Shown: piece after piece, positions 58,990 through 64,000 of the stretch | Position numbering within the stretch: the first letter of the stretch is position 1 | Layout: every line of letters starts with the position of its first letter | NCBI GenBank assembly: GCA_013265495.1 | Contig: MU058337.1 | Coordinates: forward strand, 1,480,777-1,544,776 | DNA length: 64,000 nucleotides | Origin: Vicugna vicugna | Lineage: Eukaryota | Reading direction: 5' to 3' | Translations under genes and position numbers: made by a program | Notes under the pieces: generated by a model | What the model was told of the DNA's origin: nothing | The model's database searches: none | Seen by the model: the letters and a program-made list of their open reading frames with translations, nothing else

Positions 58990-59086
58990 TTCTTCCTTTT
59001 TCTCTATGGGGGTACTGGGGACAGAACCCAGGACCTTGTGCATGCCAAGCACGCGCTCTACCGCTGGGCTATTACTGCTTCCCCCC
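58990..59086 (-). mobile_element. tRNA-derived SINE (short Vic-1-like) with target-site duplication
   Basis: ggtactggggacagaacccaggaccttgtgcatgccaagcacgcgctctaccgctgggcta; TSD aagtcattacttct (58976-58989) / aagtcatcatttct (59087-59100). Confidence 0.88.
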
Positions 59087-62000
59087 AAGTCATCATTTCT
59101 AATGACTGTTTGATTGAACGTTGTTCTGTAGCTGTACCCTGCTGTGTTCACAGTGGTCCTTCCAAAAGCCACCCCTCACTCTCCTTGCCTGGGAAAGTCT
59201 TCCTTGAGAAACACTGAATGAGTTCAAGTGAGTCATCATTTCATAGGCCCCTCACTGATTTCATTCTCCAAAGCACTTAAAAAAAAAATTATCAGAGGAT
59301 GTGAAATTGGAAAGCTCTGCAGTCAGCTTTGCTATTTCTTCGGCATAAACTCTGCTTCTGAGCAGAAATAAAATCAATTAAAATGCTTGCACACAAATAT
59401 AGGGAAACACTGTTCTTAAAGAATGAAAACAGAAGAACAGCAGATTCCATCCCGTGATTTCTGTTGAGTGTTTATTGTCCTTTTTTTGTTTGTTTGGCTT
59501 TTTCTTTTAGGTTTTAGACTTGCTTGTTTCTGGGGAGGAGGTGTGGCAGGTGGCATGCAAATGTACTGGACACACCGTGAGCCCTTTCCCGAGCAAGAGA
59601 GTCCAGGGAGGCTTCAAGCGTCCCCTTACACGTAGACTTCTTCTAAGAATGGGAGGCCTCTGCAACGTGATTACATGCTTTAGGTGACGAATTATTTACA
59701 CGATAAATGTGGCAGAAGGGACATTTCCATCACTACGTGTCATCAGGTTCAGAGATGGCACTCACATCAGCCTGTCACTTGTGTCCTCGGACTTTGGGGT
59801 GGGGATTTATGCCTGAGACCTTGCAGGTCATTGCTGAATTCAAGCATTCAGACACATCTTTCCTTTCCACCCACAACTGCTGGCTTTGCAACAGAATTAT
59901 CATCAGGGTCCTGGGTGTTTGGAGGATTTATGGAGGCTCCACTGAGAGCGACAGAGGCACGTGGCAGTTAGTTGGGAGTCTGGAGTCAGGCAGAGCTGGT
60001 TCTAGAAGGCCCTTCGACAGATGGCTTGACCAGTCTCTCCTCGGCCCCTGCTTCTACATAGCAGTGGTGACGCCAATACCCGCTTTCTCCGCGTGATGTG
60101 TATTTCAACAGGGTAACGTTTGCAGAGTGCTGGCTTCCACGCCCGGCACCAAATACACACACCTGAGGGTCCCTGTGGGGCGCGGGGGGCGGGGCGGGGG
60201 AGCTGCGAGGCAGACCCCTGCTCTCCTGCAAGCTAGCGGGCGGGGGAGAGGGGCTTAGAACGTGTCATTTATCTGAAAACCGTCCACAAAATGAAACTCC
60301 AGAGGCACTGCAAGTTTCAGTAATGCTGCATAACTTAATTATAAGCTCTTCCCTCTTTTTTGTCTTCTCAAAGTGTTATACAAGTTCTTTTGTCCTTGGG
60401 CTTCCTTTACCAAGAAACAAGCATTTATGCCTCTTTTTGCTGGTGGCATTGCCCAAGCTTGTTAGCGGATCCTCCGTGAGACCCGGAAGGGACAGCCTGG
60501 GAGGAGGCTTCCACAGGGACAATCATCGCCCACTCGCCACCTCCCAGCCTTGCCAGGGCTTTTTCTCTGTGCCCTGTCACCCAAAGTAGATGCTGTACTT
60601 TTTATTGATCATTTCAGCAGCATTCCAATGTAGTATAAATATTCTTCTAGAGAAAAAAAGATTTACATGTCAGAGCTGCCCTGTCCCTGAAGCTGGCTGG
60701 GGAGGTATACCATTTCATCTGCCTGGTGATTAGAAGCATCATTTCTACTTTTTTTTTTTAACATAACATAAAATCCTTTTTGGACTGGATTGAAGGCTCT
60801 CTCCCAGAGTGTATCAGTAAGGCTCCTTGTTGAATTTAATGTGAACCAAGCTTAAGTTCTTTACACTGTGAGGAGTAAAATCTCAGCTTCCGCTTAATGG
60901 GATCTTCTGCCGAGAAACTCCTGGCTCACAGATCTGAGGGAGTCACGGCCACGGGGATGTTTATCCCGTGTCTCCGGGAGTTCAGGAGGATCAGGCTGCT
61001 GGAGACTGAGACTCAGGTCACACTGAGTGGCGTCACCTGGGCAGTAGTGACAGGTTATCTCATTTAAGGCTAGACAGGGATTGCCCTGTGAGCACTATTC
61101 CTTGTTCCCCCCCAAAAAAAAAAACCCCGTGAATGAGTAAGAGGACTCTGGTTCTTAAAGCAGTGGGGAGAGACTGAATAAGACCAGGAGCAAATGGGGA
61201 TGACGGCGACTCGGGCACAGGAGGATTGTTTAGGAATCGCTCAGAATAAAGCCACCCCTACTGGTTTATAGGATGCATCCCAATATCTCTAGCTCCTGTG
61301 TTTATAGCTCTTTTTAAAGTTTACTTAGACTTGTAAATAATTGAACAGTGCTGGAGACCTCGTTCAAGCATGAGAACGAGTTTCCTTCTTAATAGCTTTT
61401 AAATATTTATCGGGAAGATCAAAATTTAAAGCAAAATAAAGCACTTTAAGAAATAGCCAAAAGGCATTAGACAGACATGAAAAGATTACTTTGCGAAAAC
61501 TTACTTACATAGTTCTTAAGAGGCACACGTTTGCTCCTAACATTCTGAAGTCTCAGGCTGGGTGTTTGATCCCTTAGAGGCGAGTGTGGTGGTCTGCCAC
61601 ATTCTGTGTCACTTTGTAGTCTGGGAACACAGGTGACAGAGGAATTTTTAGCACTGTGAGGAAAGAGAAACTTGCAAAGTGGGATTAGTTTAGTACAGTT
61701 CACACAGCCATGAAATTTCAGGGGAAGAAGTCAGACCAGGGCTGTCAGGCCCTTAGACCAGCATCATTAGTTTATGACGGTGCCCCTGGCTCACCAAGTG
61801 TATAAACATATACAGAGCAAGAGGAAAGATGGTGTATGTCCACAGCACACCACGTACACAGTGTAGTAAGGAGTCCGCGTCCGCACACGCCACATACGCG
61901 GTGACAGTGGAGAGGGCGTGTGCACACACCCAGTACAGATGCAGTCATCGCAGGGACCCAGCGAGCGCTATGCTGAGTCAGACGTGTTGGACCAGAGGTC

Positions 62001-62216
62001 CTGTCTTGTGCTATGTCTCGTGTAACCAGCCTCAATCATGGCCCCTGAAGCTGACCTCAGCACGTTGTGCAGCACAGTAGGAGAGGAGAAGGGCCACTGG
62101 TTAAAGGTGGTTGTCATGGCAATTTGTCAGGTCTTCTGAATTTTTTTTTCTGTTTTGATCTACTACCTGTTCATTCCGGTTCTTCAATAAGACTACACTT
62201 TGTGTTTTGTCAAGTA

Positions 62217-62433
62217 CAGTTGACCCTTGAACAACATGGGTTTGAACCCCTTGGGTCCACTTACAGGCAGATTTTTTTCAGCAGTAAATCTTACAGCACT
62301 GCACCATCTGCTGTTGGTTAAATCCTGGAATATGACAGAACCATGGGGACTGAGGGCAGACTGAGTTATATTCAAATTTTTGACTGTGTGTGGGTCGGCG
62401 TCCCTAACCCCCGTGCTGTTCAAGGGTCAGATG
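62217..62433. mobile_element. Tigger2-family MITE (TcMar-Tigger)
   Basis: 24-bp TIRs cagttgacccttgaacaacatggg / cccgtgctgttcaagggtcagatg (4 mismatches) flanked by TA on both sides; 217 bp. Confidence 0.88.
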
Positions 62434-64000
62434 TATTTTGCACCCCTCAATACAAAGTTGCTAAGTCGTAAAGTTAAAAATAATAAAAATGTTTCAAATG
62501 TACAAAAGAGGTAATAAGAGACTTCACATTTCCTTAGCAAAGGATAAGTGCTACGGTTTGTGTGGATGGATGGGTGGGTGGACAGCCAAAACCTCTGGCA
62601 GGAGCATAACTGATCACTTCACTTCACAGAGAAGCCAGACTGTGTTGCTGAAAGACAGTCCTGCCTCTCAAATAGCTTTTTGCATCAGTGAAGTAACCCA
62701 GTTTCATTGTTCCTGATGTTAAGCCAGGAGATGAAGGTATTCTTTTATTGAAGCAAACATGTGGAAAATTGCTCCGGATTCTTGGAGTAGAGAACATGTC
62801 CCCTGAACGGAATTAGGTTCATGTGTAGGGCAGATTCAGACAGGGCGCTTTATCGGGGTTACCGCTGGCCTCTGGACGGTCAAAGCAAATAACATCACGT
62901 CCATCTCAACTATTATGCCATTAGAGTGGCGCATTTTCTCATCGGCAGTGTTATGTTCTAAACTGTCAGCAGACATTAATTCTGTCACTGGTGAAGCCCT
63001 ACCACCCAGAGATGACCTCTGCCTCAGATGGAGGGTTTCCACTTCAGTGCTGCGGTCTCCCAATTAACTGGGTCATTAATATCATTGCATGTGATTAGGG
63101 ACGGCAGAATGAGCAGGAGGTCTGCGGGCTGTGTGCGCTCCCCACCATGAACTTTTTACTCCGACCCTTTGCTATCTAGACTTTTCCACATCTCCACAAA
63201 GCTATTTTAATGATGAAGACCGTTAAAAACTCAGGAGTGGGCTAGAAATTGTGTGCTAGAAATAATTCACTCAAACGCACGCTTCTTCATGGCTCAGAAT
63301 ATTTTTATTAGATATTATCACCATCTCTTGACCAGGAAGTCTCATTTTTAAAGAATCGGAATGCTTAAGTAAAGCTGCTGTGGACAATGGGGGATTATGT
63401 TTTATCTTTAGAACTCTGACATCACTCCTTTGTTTTGTTTTGTTTTAAATGTGAGTTTGGTCATTATATTGAAGTGGTCATCTGGCCACCTATTTTTAAA
63501 TAATTCCTCTTTCTTAGTAGATTTTGGTGCATAATGAGGTTGACTCTCATATATAAAGGTAATTGTTCTCCTACCATTGACTGTCACGTTCTCGTGATGT
63601 TAACTCTGGATCGCTGTGACAAGATGAGCTCCCTGAAAGCACACTAGATGTACAGTTTTTTTAATGAAATCTGGTTGAAATTATTTTCCCTAATGAGAGA
63701 CTCCACCTGCATGAATCATCGTAACTTTTAGCCATAAAATTTTAGACTTAGAAAGGGCCGTTTTCCCTCAACAGAATTGATTAAAAATCAAGACATCAAG
63801 GTGTTGCAAGCAGTATTTTGAGGGGGAAAAAGGAGAAGCCACTCACGAATGATCGCATGTGTTTATGCATGTGTCTTATAGAAGGAGGGGACAGGTGATT
63901 TATTGCCAGGACAGTTTGCTCTTACTCAGGAAAGCATCAGTACATGCTGGGAGGTGTTTCTGTCGTGACATGTACCCTATGTGTGCACACACACATACAC

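Noticed and set aside
1..64000. CRISPR arrays, operons, rRNA, snoRNA/miRNA genes or a novel multi-gene system
   Set aside because: The window is spliced mammalian DNA with no repeat-spacer arrays. I recognised no structured RNA gene by eye; an Infernal/Rfam scan would be needed to exclude one.

Overview
Mammalian genomic DNA, very probably a camelid (four copies of a tRNA-derived SINE matching what I recall of the camelid Vic-1 family). Two known genes lie in tandem on the + strand. (1) Complete ARGLU1: coding exons 1505-1851, 9759-9984, 12260-12343 and 24733-24897, totalling 822 nt (273 aa plus stop), with a CpG-island promoter. (2) The 5' half of EFNB2 (ephrin-B2): coding exons 32870-32991 and 54651-54934; the rest lies beyond the window. 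The remainder is intronic or intergenic, with old repeats (L1, L2, MIR, MaLR LTR, hAT and Tigger elements) and several candidate regulatory blocks. I found no wholly new gene system, and nearly all other ORFs in the track are noise. The most interesting structures are a cluster of cryptic, stop-introducing exons and decoy splice sites in the apparently repeat-free ARGLU1 intron 2 (known autoregulatory intron-retention/poison-exon region; the detailed map here is my inference), a single strong-context uORF in the EFNB2 leader, and a possible upstream promoter/first exon with a CTCF-like site between the genes. Repeat names and cross-species comparisons are from memory, not database searches.
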